From an uncultured Collinsella sp. (GTDB lineage Bacteria > Actinomycetota > Coriobacteriia > Coriobacteriales > Coriobacteriaceae): a stretch of 64,000 bases of DNA. The stretch is from NCBI GenBank assembly GCA_900754525.1, contig CAAEDE010000037.1, forward strand, positions 21,245 to 85,244, read 5' to 3'. The first letter of the stretch is position 1. Each line of letters begins with the position of its first letter. Shown one piece after another: positions 62,904 to 64,000 of this stretch. The notes under the pieces were generated by a model. That model did not search any database and was not told where the DNA came from. It saw only the letters and a list, made by a program, of their open reading frames with translations. A program made the translations under genes and the position numbers.

Positions 62904-64000
62904 ATGGACCTTGCCGATATTCGCCAGGCCATCGATGGCATCGACACCACGCTCCTCAACAGCTTTGTCGAGCGTATGGACATTGCCACCGAGGTCGCCA
63001 AATCAAAGATCGATATGGGCAAGGCCGTCTTTGACCCCGCCCGCGAGCGCTCCAAACTCAACAACCTCGCCAGCCGCGCGCCCGAGCGCTACGAGGCGCA
63101 GACCATCACCCTGTTCCGTCTCCTCATGAGCATGAGCAAGGCCGAGCAGCAGCGCTACATCAACGAGCTCAAGGGCATCACCGTCTCGCAAAAGGCCCAC
63201 GCCACGACTGCAGCCTTTGACACGCCCTTCCCTCAAACGGCCACCGTTGCCTGCCAGGGCGTGGAAGGTGCCTATAGCCAGATCGCCGCGTGCAAACTCT
63301 TCGACGTGCCCGACATCGCGTTTTTCGAGACCTTCGAGGGCGTCATGCGCGCCGTGCGCGACGGCTTTTGCGAGTTTGGCGTACTGCCCATCGAGAACTC
63401 CACCGCCGGCTCGGTAAACGCCGTCTACGACCTGCTCGCACAGTTCGACTTCCATATCGTGCGCTCGCTGCGCCTCAAGATCGACCACAACTTGCTCGTC
63501 AAGCCCGGCACCAAGCTCGCCGACGTGTGCGAGGTTTACAGCCACGGCCAAGCCATTGCCCAGTGTGCGGGCTTTATCGAGTCCCACGAACTGCACGCCA
63601 CCAAGTACCCCAACACGGCCATGTCGGCCGAGATGGTCGCCAATTCCGACCGCACCGATGTTGCCGCCATCGCATCGCGCAGCTGCGCGGCACTCTATGG
63701 CCTGGAGGTGCTGGAGTCCAACATCCAGGACTCGGACAACAACTACACGCGCTTTGTCGTCATCAGCCGCGAGCCACGCGTCTATCCCGGTGCCAACCGT
63801 ACCTCGCTCATGATCACCACGGCCAACGAGCCGGGCGCCCTCTATCGCGTGCTCGAGCGCTTCTACGCACTCAACATCAACCTCATCAAGCTCGAGAGCC
63901 GCCCCATCCCCGGTCGCGACTTTGAGTTTATGTTCTACTTTGACCTGGACTGTCCCTTTGGCAGCAAGGCCCTCGACGACCTGCTCGATTCGATCGACGA
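62904..64000 (+). CDS. pheA: Bifunctional chorismate mutase/prephenate dehydratase (runs off window end)
   Basis: Manual translation: MDLADIRQAIDGID... (CM), CQGVEGAYS, PIENSTAG, NYTRF, PGALY, KLESRP (ACT). Confidence 0.95.
   Translation, partial: MDLADIRQAIDGIDTTLLNSFVERMDIATEVAKSKIDMGKAVFDPARERSKLNNLASRAPERYEAQTITLFRLLMSMSKAEQQRYINELKGITVSQKAHATTAAFDTPFPQTATVACQGVEGAYSQIAACKLFDVPDIAFFETFEGVMRAVRDGFCEFGVLPIENSTAGSVNAVYDLLAQFDFHIVRSLRLKIDHNLLVKPGTKLADVCEVYSHGQAIAQCAGFIESHELHATKYPNTAMSAEMVANSDRTDVAAIASRSCAALYGLEVLESNIQDSDNNYTRFVVISREPRVYPGANRTSLMITTANEPGALYRVLERFYALNINLIKLESRPIPGRDFEFMFYFDLDCPFGSKALDDLLDSID

Overview
High-GC chromosomal segment that looks like a Coriobacteriia (Collinsella-like) gut anaerobe, inferred from the gene set (MreBCD-PBP2-RodA, alpha2beta2 GlyQS, TrmFO, AdhE, PPDK) and GC-rich codon usage. 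It is mostly core genome: pyrR-B-C-K, rpmB, adhE plus a kinase, rpsB-tsf-pyrH-frr-uppS-cdsA-dxr-rseP-ispG-proS, yraN-comM-dprA-trmFO-xerC, rplS-rnhB, ppdK and its regulator, glyQS, rpsP-khpA-rimM-trmD-lepB, dinB, rplU-rpmA-obgE-nadD-yqeK-rsfS, a radical SAM pair, the mre cluster, a P-type ATPase, tRNA-Arg(CCG) and an aro/tyr/phe operon. The one clear accessory element is a RAYT-type HUH (Y1) transposase flanked by inverted arrays of 33-bp palindromic repeats. Related hairpins with a similar loop motif but different stems recur just after stop codons elsewhere, including a REPIN-like inverted doublet between aroC and pheA. Other oddities are a probable ATA start for xerC, a winged-helix-like insert in RseP, a P-type ATPase with PQGL instead of PEGL, a low-GC patch in lepB, an atypical pyr attenuator and shared LacI-like operators at adhE and ppdK. 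All calls come from reading the sequence by eye; no database searches were run.
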